Shown: positions 63,540 through 64,000 of the stretch, piece after piece
Layout: every line of letters begins with the position of its first letter
Numbering within the stretch: position 1 is the stretch's first letter
Assembly: GCF_020745735.1 (NCBI RefSeq)
Contig: NC_083417.1
Coordinates: 53,382,001-53,446,000 of the forward strand
Origin: Hemiscyllium ocellatum
Taxonomy: Eukaryota
Reading direction: 5' to 3'
DNA: 64,000 nt
Program-made: the position numbers and the translations under genes
The notes under the pieces: model-generated
The model's input: only the letters and a program-made list of their open reading frames with translations
Databases searched by the model: none
What the model was told of the DNA's origin: nothing

Positions 63540-64000
63540 GCAACAGCCTCACTGAATCATACCTTACAAACAATGTCCCAGACACCACCATCACCACCTC
63601 TCGACTGTGACCTGTCCTACCAGCAAAACAGATCAAGATGTGATGGTACAGTGGTATTTGGTCAGGAGAGAGTTCTCCTGGGAGTCGTCGATATACAGAT
63701 CCCATGAAGTCTCATGGCATCAGGTCAAACCTCCTGATGACCACGTGATGTTCTCCAATGGTTGAGGAATCAGTACTTTTCCACATTGGACAGCACTCAG
63801 AGGAAGTAACGAAAATGGCAAGGGCACAGAATATACTCGAGTGGATGTTTTCAATGTCCACGACCATGAATGGCTTGATAGCAGTATTACTGATTCAACT
63901 AGTTGGGTCCTAAAACAGAGAGTTGTTAAGATAGTGTCTGTGGCAAGTAGTGAAGGAACCACACAGAGGGAAAAGCATACTTAACCTCATCCTCACCACG
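63540..64000 (+). mobile_element. Degenerate LINE apurinic-endonuclease region
   Basis: HEVSWHQVK and FNVHDHEWL..S.TD-like remnants (GDFN-type motif), TQREKHT*PHPH. Confidence 0.5.

Overview
Vertebrate, very likely shark (elasmobranch), genomic DNA; the HE1-type V-SINE and its CR1 partner point to this. The only host gene I can support is GFOD2 on the minus strand: coding exons 32747-32999 and 621-1522 join in phase 1 to give 384 aa. The two exons are separated by a 31.2 kb intron, and the probable CpG-island promoter/first exon lies near 46.0-46.8 kb with two perfect CRE palindromes. The rest is dense, nested transposon sequence: CR1 and L2 LINEs, HE1 SINEs, Gmr1-like Gypsy remnants, an LTR with a tRNA-Pro-like PBS, Tigger-like elements, a hAT transposase relic and several Penelope-like element (PLE) families. 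The most striking unannotated structure is a population of about 15 minimal type I hammerhead ribozyme motifs from several PLE families. They occur in two forms: (a) 0.5-1.5 kb inverted-repeat (fold-back) insertions, usually with a hammerhead in each arm, a one-sided ~40 nt tail and 12-14 bp target-site duplications; (b) 80-120 bp mini-insertions that begin right at the hammerhead. All calls were made by eye; old repeat boundaries are approximate.
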